Shown: positions 35,352 through 44,244, counted from the stretch's first letter. The stretch is 63,148 nucleotides of DNA from Candidatus Poseidoniaceae archaeon (GCA_964228815.1 CAXRAL010000015.1:1-63148), one strand, 5' to 3'. Notes: generated by a model not told the origin, from the letters alone. Translations and numbers: made by a program.

Positions 35352-36473
35352 ATGACGAGAACGTTGGTCATCACGGTCGACCGAGACAACGACCTCGGGT
35401 TGAAGACGTCCATTCGCGGCCCTGTCGTCGGACGACGTAATGTCCTCACGGCGGCGCTGAAACTCGGCATCGCCGACCCCGAGGAAAGCGACACCAACGC
35501 CATCCTTGGAGCGCTCTCTCAAAACGACAAAATCGTGGAATCGAAAGGCGAGGAAGACGAAGTTGAAGTCGCGATTTTGACCGGCGATGAGAAGGTTGGT
35601 GTCCGCTCCGACCGAGCCATTGCTGCGCAACTCGACGAAGTGGTCTCAGCCTTCCAGCCGGACCAGGCCATTTTGGTCACCGACGGTGCTGAGGACGAAA
35701 GTGTCCTGCCCATCATCACCTCGCAAGTTCGAATTGACCATGTTGAGAAGGTCATTGTCCGTCAATCCAAGGGCATTGAGGGTACCTACTACTACATCGT
35801 CAAAGCACTCGAAGACCCCAAATGGCGCTCTCGTTTCATGATCCCGTTGGGGGCTGTTCTGGCCATCTTCGGCTTGGGCATCATGCTGCCGAACGAAATC
35901 GGCGGTGTGGTCATCGGCGCTTTGCCCCTCGTCCTTGGTTTGTACATCTTCAGCAAGGGTGCCGGCATCGAATCAACCGTGAACCGCGTAATTCAGGAGA
36001 TGCGAGAAAACGCCGACGCAGCTATGTTTTCCTCGCTGTTGTGGACGGCTACCTTGTTCAGTGCCATCTTCGCTGTGGCTGAAGGTTGGCGAGCGTTCGG
36101 ACTTGCCGAAGGAACGGTCGATTCACAGTCGGTGTTGTGGCTAAGCGTCATCCACTCTTCGCTGGCATGGACGGTGATCGCGTTCTTGACCTCCACGGCC
36201 GGATTCATGCTACTGCGTTTGAAGCGCGGCTCTTTTTCCGGGAGCCTTATCGTTCTGAGCGTGTTCGGCATGGTGGTCTATTCCTTCCTCAACGCTGCCC
36301 TCGACATTGCCATCCGTGTGCTCAGCGGTACGTCCTACGAATTCAGCGTCCAGATGATCCTCGACGACCTCACCACGCCCATCGTGTGGGTGGTGGTGTT
36401 GTGGATGGTCACCACCGTGGTTCGTACCTTGCAGACTCGACAAGCACAGGCCGACCGCTACTGGGGCATCTGA
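35352..36473 (+). CDS. DUF373-family archaeal membrane protein
   Basis: N-terminal soluble domain LVITVDRDNDLGLKTSIRGPVVGRRNVLTAALKLGIADPEESDTNAILGAL followed by about 6 TM helices. This pattern is typical of DUF373, from recollection. Confidence 0.6.
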   Translation: MTRTLVITVDRDNDLGLKTSIRGPVVGRRNVLTAALKLGIADPEESDTNAILGALSQNDKIVESKGEEDEVEVAILTGDEKVGVRSDRAIAAQLDEVVSAFQPDQAILVTDGAEDESVLPIITSQVRIDHVEKVIVRQSKGIEGTYYYIVKALEDPKWRSRFMIPLGAVLAIFGLGIMLPNEIGGVVIGALPLVLGLYIFSKGAGIESTVNRVIQEMRENADAAMFSSLLWTATLFSAIFAVAEGWRAFGLAEGTVDSQSVLWLSVIHSSLAWTVIAFLTSTAGFMLLRLKRGSFSGSLIVLSVFGMVVYSFLNAALDIAIRVLSGTSYEFSVQMILDDLTTPIVWVVVLWMVTTVVRTLQTRQAQADRYWGI

Positions 36474-36938
36474 TCAGAGCAGAAACCTCGGCAGCACCCT
36501 GGCCACCGTGCTGTGTCCCACCACGCCGATGAGCGCACCATCGTCATCCACGACGCCGATTTGATTGAGGTCGTGCGTCAACATCAAAGCGCCCGCTTTG
36601 AGGAGCGGCGTAGTGGCTCGAACGGTCAATGGCGGGTGATTCAGCACCTGCTGCGCTGGAATGGAATGCATCCATGCAATGTCCCGGTTGACGGTCTTCT
36701 TGGCCACCATTTTGAGGAGGTCGACGGCATGAATGCGGCCCATGGGAACCCCATCGTTGTCCACGATGAAAATGTGGTCCCAATCGTGCTTGGTCAGCAC
36801 GTCGAGCACCGTGGCCATTGAGTCGCTGGAAAGGAGTGCATGGGCGTGCTGCATGACGTTTCCACACAGGACTTCACGCACACCTTGGCGAGAAGCATTG
36901 GCCCTGTTGGCTTTGCGAGAGAAGGGTCGGGTGGCCAT
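36474..36938 (-). CDS. CBS-pair domain protein
   Basis: Two CBS motifs: HIFIVDNDGVPMGRIHAVDLLKMV and QIGVVDDDGALIGVVGHSTVARVL. Confidence 0.8.
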   Translation of the reverse strand: MATRPFSRKANRANASRQGVREVLCGNVMQHAHALLSSDSMATVLDVLTKHDWDHIFIVDNDGVPMGRIHAVDLLKMVAKKTVNRDIAWMHSIPAQQVLNHPPLTVRATTPLLKAGALMLTHDLNQIGVVDDDGALIGVVGHSTVARVLPRFLL

Positions 36939-37085
36939 GATGACTCAACCGGCCCCGTCAGCCGACCTCTTTTGAACCCTTCCGAAAAACCCCCTTTGAT
37001 TTCTGGAATCCGGAAAAGAACGGTGGAAGCGCAGACGATACCGTGACCCTCAAGAAATAAATTCCAGCGGCCGTGATGGAGGTTC

Positions 37086-37514
37086 ATGCCACCGGTTCCC
37101 GAGCATGAGTTGCGCGCCCTCAAAGCGATGACAGGCTATGACCAATTGTTGGAACTTGACCGATTGTGCAAGGCCTACGGCGTCGATGAAGCCACTCTTC
37201 AAGCTGCCATGACCAACCTTGGAACCCCCACAACCACTCAGTCTCCGCCAGCACCTACGCCTTGGTCGTGGGACACCACCCACAAAGATCTGCCCGGTTT
37301 GGAACAACCCGTTGCCCCCACAACGCCCACTTACGTGGACAAGCAACGCCTTCATTTCGAGTACGACCCTTCGAGGGAGGCAGCACAACGTCGTGAGCAG
37401 GTCAACCAAGCCATTCTCTGTTCTGCTTGCGGCGTCGCACTGGGCATTCCCGACATCCGTCCCATCAAGGTCACCTGCCCTGCTTGCATGTTTGAGACCA
37501 CCTACACGCAATGA
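37086..37514 (+). CDS. Hypothetical protein with C-terminal zinc ribbon
   Basis: 142 aa. Pro/Thr-rich linker, then CSACGVALG...VTCPACMF (CxxC-x17-CxxC). Confidence 0.5.
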   Translation: MPPVPEHELRALKAMTGYDQLLELDRLCKAYGVDEATLQAAMTNLGTPTTTQSPPAPTPWSWDTTHKDLPGLEQPVAPTTPTYVDKQRLHFEYDPSREAAQRREQVNQAILCSACGVALGIPDIRPIKVTCPACMFETTYTQ

Positions 37515-37552
37515 AAGCGAGGTTCATGTATGGGCCTTGAACAGCCACCTTC

Positions 37553-38368
37553 ATGCACGAGGGTTCCCCGCGGCAATGGCCCTACGCCTCCAACAACTCT
37601 CCATTACCGCTTCCGGAGCATCCTGTCTTGTTCACCAAGGAGGCGGTTGTCCGGCTTGACCGGTTCACCGGTGCGATGACGGAGGACCTCCTTGAGGGCG
37701 AGGCCCTCAAGGCCTACATTGGCTCGTACGGCACGGGCGACGGTGCCCTCGATGAACTGCTTGAGCAGGCTGGAGCGCCTCCCCTGCGTGAGCGCCGACC
37801 CATCTTGCTTCAAGGCGAGCTGGCGAACCCATACCGGCTCCAAGAGATGAACATGGGGCCGCTGCCATTGATTCCCGTTCGTCTTGAGGGCATTTGCCGA
37901 ACGTGGGCAGACGGCTTGGATCCTCGAGACGCCTATCCCGGCATTCATCATGTCACGCTGGCGCGAACTCCCGGTTGGTGGGAGATCAGCCATGTCGGTA
38001 TGGCTTCGAAGGATCAACTCAAGCGTATCCGAGAGTGGTTGGACAACGGTGTACGCTCAACCTGGCGGCCGGTGAAATTAGGAGAGGGTACGGTTCGATT
38101 CGAGCACAACCCGACGCTTCAACCTCCGTCGACTTCAGACGTGGAATGGGACGGGACGACTGAACGCGTTTCGCTTCCCATGCCTGAGCCAACCGGGCCG
38201 CCACTTTCGTTGGATGAATTGTTGGTGGTCGTCCACACCCGGCAGGGTTGCTACAATCATCGCGGCCGCCTTTCACGCTGTGTTCACATGCACCAACGCG
38301 CCTTCCACGAAGGGTTGTTTCGAAAGGGATCCTCCCACCGGTGGGACGACATCCTCACGCTGCGTTGA
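37553..38368 (+). CDS. Hypothetical protein
   Basis: 271-aa ORF 38 nt downstream of 37086-37514 on the same strand, with genome-like codon bias. Cys/His-rich C-terminus (CYNHRGRLSRCVHMHQRAFHEG). No family recognised. Confidence 0.5.
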   Translation: MHEGSPRQWPYASNNSPLPLPEHPVLFTKEAVVRLDRFTGAMTEDLLEGEALKAYIGSYGTGDGALDELLEQAGAPPLRERRPILLQGELANPYRLQEMNMGPLPLIPVRLEGICRTWADGLDPRDAYPGIHHVTLARTPGWWEISHVGMASKDQLKRIREWLDNGVRSTWRPVKLGEGTVRFEHNPTLQPPSTSDVEWDGTTERVSLPMPEPTGPPLSLDELLVVVHTRQGCYNHRGRLSRCVHMHQRAFHEGLFRKGSSHRWDDILTLR

Positions 38369-39473
38369 CGTTCCTGAGGTAGTGCTCCACCCGCTCTTCT
38401 CCCCACACGAGTTCTTCCTGCATGGAGAGGTCGGCCTTCGCCAGTACCTTGCCATCAAGGTTGGAAGGCACGGGTGATTGATGGACGGCAGCGCTGTGAA
38501 CCAAGAACACCTCGTCCACCAGGCCTGCTTCGAGGAACCGATGCACGGTTGCAGGACCTCCTTCCACCAAGACGCGCTGGATGTCCCTGTCCGCTAACTG
38601 ATGGAGCAAGGAGGGAAGGCTGGTGAAGTCTTCCTGCATCAACAACGTCTCGCCACCATCGTGGAGCAGCGTGGCTTGTGGATGGATGCGCTGCTGCGGG
38701 TCAATGACCACGCGCAACGGCTGGCGTGGGGCTGGCACGAGGCGAACGGTGAGTTGAGGGTCGTCGCGATTGACGGTTTCCACACCGATCAGCACGGCGT
38801 CGCAGTCCCTTCGCAATTCGTGGACCTTTTCGAGGCAGCCTCGGGACGTGAATCGTTGGGCTGCTTCTGACCGGTCGTCCACCGAACCGTTGGCATCAAG
38901 CGCCAGTTTGACCGTGATCAGCGGTCGGCGGTGCTCGCACCAGTGCATGAAGGCCCGCATTTGTTCGTGAGCATCCGATTCCATCAAGCCGACTCGTGTT
39001 GGAATGCCGGCCTCTTCAAGCACCCTGCATCCGTTACCTCGTACGGTAGGGTTTGGGTCGTGATGGGCGATGACAACTTCACTGACACCAGCCCACATGA
39101 GCGCTTCCGTGCAGGGCGGTGTGCGTCCGAAATGGTTGCAGGGCTCCAAGGTCACGTAAGCGGTCGCGCCGTTGGGCGAATGCCCCTTTTCCTCTGCATC
39201 GTGAATGGCCATTTGTTCGGCGTGCAGCCCACCCAAATGGTCGTGCCATCCTTCGGCGATGACCACGCCGTCCTTGACGAGCACACACCCTACCAAGGGG
39301 TTCGGGCTGACCTTGCCGCGGCCGCGTTCAGCCACCAGCAGCGCGTGCTCCATGAACACGCGGTCGTTCTCGCTCCAATCAGCGCTCACGCTTGGCCCAC
39401 CCTCCACTTGTTCATGACTGCTTGCATGGACTCCAGCATCAAGTGGGCGCGAATCAGCCAATGTATGCGACAT
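38355..39473 (-). CDS. ribD: Bifunctional riboflavin biosynthesis protein RibD (pyrimidine deaminase / uracil reductase)
   Basis: Deaminase zinc motifs HAEQMAI and TLEPCNHFGRTPPC. C-terminal reductase domain (VEGGPATVHRFLEAGLVDEVFLVHS). Start trimmed to ATG 39473 (MSHTLAD...). Confidence 0.9.
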   Translation of the reverse strand: MSHTLADSRPLDAGVHASSHEQVEGGPSVSADWSENDRVFMEHALLVAERGRGKVSPNPLVGCVLVKDGVVIAEGWHDHLGGLHAEQMAIHDAEEKGHSPNGATAYVTLEPCNHFGRTPPCTEALMWAGVSEVVIAHHDPNPTVRGNGCRVLEEAGIPTRVGLMESDAHEQMRAFMHWCEHRRPLITVKLALDANGSVDDRSEAAQRFTSRGCLEKVHELRRDCDAVLIGVETVNRDDPQLTVRLVPAPRQPLRVVIDPQQRIHPQATLLHDGGETLLMQEDFTSLPSLLHQLADRDIQRVLVEGGPATVHRFLEAGLVDEVFLVHSAAVHQSPVPSNLDGKVLAKADLSMQEELVWGEERVEHYLRNVNAA

Positions 39474-39557
39474 GAATAAATAAATATTGGAGATGAATAA
39501 ATGACATAAACCCGTGGTTGAGAAGGCTTCAAAGGCCCGCTCCGGGGTAGAATTGGT
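39474..39557. promoter_or_regulatory. AT-rich divergent promoter region (ribD / lipid kinase)
   Basis: GAATAAATAAATATTGGAGATGAATAAATGACATAAA is the most AT-rich stretch I noticed in the window, with several TATA-like elements on both strands. On the ribD strand a TATA-like TTTATGTCATTTATT lies about 20-37 nt upstream of the ATG, compatible with a leaderless mRNA. Confidence 0.45.
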
Positions 39558-40616
39558 ATGGCGAACACCGTGCAGACGGGCCTCAAGGACCCGATTGAAT
39601 TCGCACCCGATGCCTCCTCGAAGAAGCGGAAGGGCGTTCACCGACCTCTTTTTGCCGATGTGTTCACCCTTGATGGAACGACCTCCACCAAGCCTGCGAA
39701 GGTTCACTTGCTGGTCAATCCCTTTGCAGGCAAGAAACGCGGACGTGCAGTAGCAACCCGGGTCATCGATCTGGTGAAGCAAGCGGGCGTGGACATCTCA
39801 GCTTCCTACTCCGCTTACAGCGGGCATTTGGTCGCCTTGGCTTCTGAATTGGACGTGGGAGATAACGAGATGGTGGCCGTTGTCGGCGGCGACGGATCAC
39901 TTTCTGAGGTCATCACCGGGCGCATGTTGCTGGGCGCCGAACGATGCGAAACCTTCGCTATCATTCCAGCGGGGACGGGAAATTCCCAGGCCAACGATCT
40001 CGGCCTTTCCTCGACAGAGGAGGCCGTCGAGGCCATGTTGAGCGGTCGGCGTCAAATGCTTGACTTGGCCCGGGTCGAGCTGACTGAAGGCTTGCCTGGC
40101 TCAACCGGTGAGCCCATGGTCCGGTATTCTCACAACTTGGTGACGTGGGGACTCGGCGTTGATTCGACCATTCAGGCGGAGAAGATGCGCTGGATGGGTC
40201 CGATTCGCTACGATGTCGGCATCGTCTTGGCCATCCTTGCAGCAAAACGTCGAACGGCCACCCTGCGACTGGATGACCGTACCATCACCGATGATTTCAC
40301 GCTGTTCTTGGTTCAGAATAGCCAAACAGGGGGTTCGCTGCTTCCTCTTGCACCGGGTGCTTCAATGGATGACGGGCAAATGGACATCGGGATCTTGAAG
40401 AAAATGACCCGGAGGGACGTGCTCAAGGCCTTTGGCATGCTCAAGAGCGAAGGCAGACACGTGTACCACCCTCGGGTTGACTACCACCGGTTTAGGACAT
40501 TGTCCATTGAGACAGAGCAGCCCACTGCCATCAACATCGATGGTGAAAACATCGGTTCCACGCCGCTTCGCATGGAAGTCTTGGAACACGCCGTCAAAAT
40601 TATGCGGCCCGCATAA
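39558..40616 (+). CDS. Diacylglycerol kinase catalytic-domain lipid kinase (YegS/BmrU/sphingosine-kinase-like)
   Basis: VHLLVNPFAGKKRG, AVVGGDGSLSEVITG (GGDG motif), IIPAGTGNSQAND and NIDGE near the C-terminus. Confidence 0.8.
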   Translation: MANTVQTGLKDPIEFAPDASSKKRKGVHRPLFADVFTLDGTTSTKPAKVHLLVNPFAGKKRGRAVATRVIDLVKQAGVDISASYSAYSGHLVALASELDVGDNEMVAVVGGDGSLSEVITGRMLLGAERCETFAIIPAGTGNSQANDLGLSSTEEAVEAMLSGRRQMLDLARVELTEGLPGSTGEPMVRYSHNLVTWGLGVDSTIQAEKMRWMGPIRYDVGIVLAILAAKRRTATLRLDDRTITDDFTLFLVQNSQTGGSLLPLAPGASMDDGQMDIGILKKMTRRDVLKAFGMLKSEGRHVYHPRVDYHRFRTLSIETEQPTAINIDGENIGSTPLRMEVLEHAVKIMRPA

Positions 40617-40633
40617 TTCGTATTCATGTCGGC

Positions 40634-42118
40634 TTAGAAGGAGAAGTCTGAGAAGTCTTCTTCCTCTTCGTACGCAGGCGCAGGTGCTTCGTACGTCGAT
40701 TCGGGCTCGTTCGCAGCGGCGGGCTTGGTCTTCTTGACGGCCTTTCGGCGGCGGACGGGGGGCTTCTTACTCGGTTCCGGTGAGGCCGCTGGTTCACCCA
40801 CATTTGACATGCTGGGCGGTGCACTTCGTCGTGCCTGGCCGATGGAAGCGGGGAGTGAAGACGTTGCAGGCTCTTGCGTGCTCATGCGATCCATTTCCTT
40901 TGCCGCGTCGGTTGCCACGACTGAACTCTTTCGTCCGCCTGGGGCCGATCCACCCGGTCCAGATGTACCGGTTGAGGTGGAGGCCAGCACGCTGTCGAGG
41001 TCGAATCCACCGAGCGCGTCGCCGCCCTGTTTTTTCTTTTCTTCTTTCTTGGGTGGGGCGCGTTCTTTTGCCGCTTCTTTCTCTGCTGCTTTCCGCTCCC
41101 TATCTATGCGTCGCTGGCGCTCTTCCGGCGATTCCATGCCCGCTTTCTTTGCTGCTTTGGCGTCGGCTTTCACGCTGGCTGCCTTCTTCATGCCCTCATC
41201 ACCGATGAGCGTCGCCATCGATTGCTTGGCTGATTTCATCATCATCTGCTTCGATACGATGAACAAACCTGCTGAGCCACCCAGGCCCACGACCAGGAAG
41301 AACATGATGAAACCGCCACGACCGAGGAAGGGCACATCGCCCTGAACCCACTCATCGTCAGCCTCACCGCTGGCTGACACCGTGGCGCCGTCCAACGTGA
41401 TTTTGCTGACGAAGACCAAGGCATCCTCTCGGTTGTTGGTGCCAACGGTCATGGCACACCCGTTGTCGGCCTTGTGCCACGTGGCCTGGTAGCCGTACTG
41501 GTTGTTGCTTGAATTACCGGCGGCGACCAGGTAGCCGTGGATCACCACGGGTTGATGCCACTCGTTGAGGGCCGTCATCCCGTCGAGGATGTGTTCGGAC
41601 GTGGGAATGAGGCCGAGGATGAACCAGTCGGTGTCCGCCTCGGAATCCACTTCGTCAAGGTCGACGCTTCCCGCACCGGTTTCGGGCTGAAGCGGCAGCG
41701 ACCACTGCTTGACATCAATGCGAGCGCCATCGCCGTCAACCACGGCGGCGGCTTGGTCAAACGACATCGATTGAATGGCTACAGCTGTGGTCACGCCCAA
41801 CTCAAGTCCTTTCGCACCCATGATGGTGTCGTGTGAATCGTAGAACTGGCTGGAGGCCAAGTACCCGGTGAAGGTGATCGGCTCGCCCTGTCCAGCGGTA
41901 AGTGTTCCACCGTCGGATCCGGGCGTGCACCCCACCGGCTGGAGGTCGCTGATGGTGCGAGCGTCGCCTGCGAGGGTCGTTTTCACCGTCGTACTTTCCA
42001 TGGAGAAATCGACGTCAACGGTTCCTGTTCCGCTTCCCCAGCTGGCCGTTGAAGGCCCGAGACAACCGGCCAAGGCCATGCTGGCGATGAGGCAAAAGGC
42101 GAGCAGGGCTCTGCGCAT
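40634..42118 (-). CDS. Putative lipoprotein / type-I membrane protein with Lys/Ala/Glu-rich disordered cytoplasmic tail
   Basis: Start trimmed to ATG 42118 because the longer ORF runs through a tRNA gene. MRRALLAFCLIASMALAGC is a signal peptide with a lipobox-like LAGC. TM FIMFFLVVGLGGSAGLFIV, then a low-complexity tail of about 200 aa ending EEEEDFSDFSF. Confidence 0.6.
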   Translation of the reverse strand: MRRALLAFCLIASMALAGCLGPSTASWGSGTGTVDVDFSMESTTVKTTLAGDARTISDLQPVGCTPGSDGGTLTAGQGEPITFTGYLASSQFYDSHDTIMGAKGLELGVTTAVAIQSMSFDQAAAVVDGDGARIDVKQWSLPLQPETGAGSVDLDEVDSEADTDWFILGLIPTSEHILDGMTALNEWHQPVVIHGYLVAAGNSSNNQYGYQATWHKADNGCAMTVGTNNREDALVFVSKITLDGATVSASGEADDEWVQGDVPFLGRGGFIMFFLVVGLGGSAGLFIVSKQMMMKSAKQSMATLIGDEGMKKAASVKADAKAAKKAGMESPEERQRRIDRERKAAEKEAAKERAPPKKEEKKKQGGDALGGFDLDSVLASTSTGTSGPGGSAPGGRKSSVVATDAAKEMDRMSTQEPATSSLPASIGQARRSAPPSMSNVGEPAASPEPSKKPPVRRRKAVKKTKPAAANEPESTYEAPAPAYEEEEDFSDFSF

Positions 42119-42179
42119 GGCCCGATGAGGGCGGGTGGAGTTTGAGAAGTCTTCCCTGCTAAAGGCAATGTTGGGGAGG

Positions 42180-42265
42180 TGGCGCAGTCGGAGAGATTTG
42201 AACTCCCGAGTCACGGGGACACCGGATTTCAAATCCGGCGCAATACCAGGCTATGCGACGACTGC
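42180..42265 (-). tRNA. tRNA-Ser (anticodon UGA), CCA encoded
   Basis: Hand-folded cloverleaf. Acceptor GCAGUCG/CGACUGC, D stem GCAU/UUGC, anticodon stem CCGGA/UCCGG with loop UUUGAAA (anticodon UGA), 14-nt long variable arm (UGUCCCCGUGACUC), T stem GGGAG/CUCUC with loop UUCAAAU, discriminator G, then CCA. 86 nt. Confidence 0.9.
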
Positions 42266-42306
42266 TTCGTATTGCGGGTAGCGCCTCGCTTTTTCTTCTT
42301 TCGCCC

Positions 42307-43830
42307 CTAACCTTCGTTGGATGGAGAGCGAGCAAAGCGAACCGTCACGACCGCCATGATGAGGGTTCCAAGCGTCATGGTCAGCGGAAGGAAGGGCACC
42401 ACTTCGGTCGTGTTTCCACCGAGTTGTTCTTTCTCCAACAACTCTCGGACATCAGCCGTGAAATCCTCGACGCGCCAGTTGTCGCCGGTCCACGCGACGG
42501 TGGGTTCGAGATCGTCGTTGAGAATGTAGGTGATGGTGGAATGGCCCACGTTGTAATCCTCTGTGGTCTCGGATACGCAACTCAACGGATCGCCCTCCGC
42601 CCAGGTGTAGCCTTCGTCGCACATGCAATGCTTCGAGGCACCGCTGCCCATCTCCCAACCGTATCCGTTACAGACCGTTTCGTCGCTGCTTTCTCCGGCG
42701 GTCGGTGAGGGGATGGTGGAGGCGTTGACGTAGGAGGGGGCCCAAGCGATGTGGTGCGGTTCAGCGAAGTCGTCCATGCCGAGGTTGGACGATTCCCATG
42801 AAGATCCCGTGCCGTTCCATGCGTAGAGGTTCCACCACCAACTGTAATCTTCTGGAGCATCGTGGTCGCCAAGACTGCTCAGGTAGTGGCCGTAGGATGA
42901 ATCCTCAATGCTACGGTTGACCGATGCTGCGGTCAGTGCACCTTCGGTGATGTGATAGGCGTTGAACGTGTCAACCCCCTGTTGCGCTGTGGTTCCGTTG
43001 GGCCAGAGGACGCTCACGCTGGAGGCATGGGTGGCGTTGGGTTCTGGGAGGTCGGAGCGGTTGCTCGTTGACGGCATCCAGGCGAGATGCGAGTGTTCGG
43101 TTGCATCGTAGTCCTCCATGCCGACACTGGAGGCTTCCCAGGTGGCGTTGGTTTCGTTCCAGAGATTGAGTTCCCAATACCACGACCAATCCGAGGGAGA
43201 ATCGACGCCGTTGATGCCGTGAAGCATGCGGCCCCATTCGCTCACCGAGGTGTTGAGGGACCAATTCGCTTCTTCAGCCATCAGGCTGGTGGCGGTCCAT
43301 CCCGACCATGCGAACATGTGTTGCGAGCTGTTGTTGTTGGCGTCCACGACGGTCACCGATGCTTCGCCGGGCTGGTACTCGGCCACGTGCATGTCGATGA
43401 CGTTCTGCTGAACGACGACAGCGAAGGTGGCCCAGACATCTTCGAGTTCCTCCATGCTTCCGGTCAGATGCGGCCAAGTCGCTCCCATGCGGTTGCTGTA
43501 TTCCTTGAGCACCTCGGGCGTATCGTGGTTCGGGTCAACGCTGATGGAAACAAAGGTCACGTCTTCCCGCTCTCCATCGGTCAGTGAGGCCTCAACGGCG
43601 ATGAGCGATTGTGTCAGCATGGGGCAAACATCGGGGCAACGGGTGAAGATGAACGAGACCACCACCACCCCGTTGGTGTCCGTGGTCAAGGCGTACTGCT
43701 CGCCGTTCTGGTCGGTGAGGGGGCCGATGTCAACCGCTTCTCGAGCGAGTTGCTTTCCCTTGTAGGCCGTGGCGGTTCCAGTGAGCACCAGAGTGACGAG
43801 CAGAACAGCAAGGATGCTTTTTAGACGCAT
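42307..43830 (-). CDS. Sco1/SenC copper chaperone fused to a tandem Trp-rich domain, a Cys-rich module and a C-terminal TM anchor
   Basis: Signal peptide ILAVLLVTLVLTGTATA. Thioredoxin-fold Sco core VVVSFIFTRCPDVCPMLT...FVSISVDPNHDTPEVLKEY. Two repeats of about 90 aa, then the TM helix LTMTLGTLIMAVVTV. Last gene of the oxidase operon. Confidence 0.75.
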   Translation of the reverse strand: MRLKSILAVLLVTLVLTGTATAYKGKQLAREAVDIGPLTDQNGEQYALTTDTNGVVVVSFIFTRCPDVCPMLTQSLIAVEASLTDGEREDVTFVSISVDPNHDTPEVLKEYSNRMGATWPHLTGSMEELEDVWATFAVVVQQNVIDMHVAEYQPGEASVTVVDANNNSSQHMFAWSGWTATSLMAEEANWSLNTSVSEWGRMLHGINGVDSPSDWSWYWELNLWNETNATWEASSVGMEDYDATEHSHLAWMPSTSNRSDLPEPNATHASSVSVLWPNGTTAQQGVDTFNAYHITEGALTAASVNRSIEDSSYGHYLSSLGDHDAPEDYSWWWNLYAWNGTGSSWESSNLGMDDFAEPHHIAWAPSYVNASTIPSPTAGESSDETVCNGYGWEMGSGASKHCMCDEGYTWAEGDPLSCVSETTEDYNVGHSTITYILNDDLEPTVAWTGDNWRVEDFTADVRELLEKEQLGGNTTEVVPFLPLTMTLGTLIMAVVTVRFARSPSNEG

Positions 43831-43839
43831 GTGGCTGCC

Positions 43840-44235
43840 TCAGCGCTCCATGGCGAAGTCCCAGTTGGGTGTGCACCATTCCGGGAGTGCTTGGACGGAG
43901 CCAGGGTTGGACAGGCCGATGCCCCAGAGCATCAACAGGACGAACAACACCGGGAACAGAGCGGTTCGGGTGTAGATTCGCGGGTCGCCTTTCAAGTGCA
44001 TGAAGTAGGCTGCGATGCCGTAGCCTTTGATGACGCCCACGCCGATGAGGATTGCCCACACAGCGTAAAGCGTGATGTGGATGTCGGTACCGGGGATTTT
44101 CTCAAAGAAAACGGCAGCCACTTCGAACAGTGTGAAAAACATCAGCACGACGAAGTTCCAGAAGTAGATGTCAAAGTTGCCAGGCAGCTTGTCAACGATC
44201 GATTCAAAGATTCCAGTTGTTTCATGTTCTCCCAT
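43840..44235 (-). CDS. Small membrane subunit of heme-copper oxidase (prokaryotic subunit IV-like)
   Basis: 131 aa with 3-4 TM helices and an AAYFMHLKGD motif like the COX4_pro/CyoD FMHL signature. Lies 9 nt downstream of coxC. Confidence 0.55.
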   Translation of the reverse strand: MGEHETTGIFESIVDKLPGNFDIYFWNFVVLMFFTLFEVAAVFFEKIPGTDIHITLYAVWAILIGVGVIKGYGIAAYFMHLKGDPRIYTRTALFPVLFVLLMLWGIGLSNPGSVQALPEWCTPNWDFAMER

Positions 44236-44244
44236 AGTCTCACC

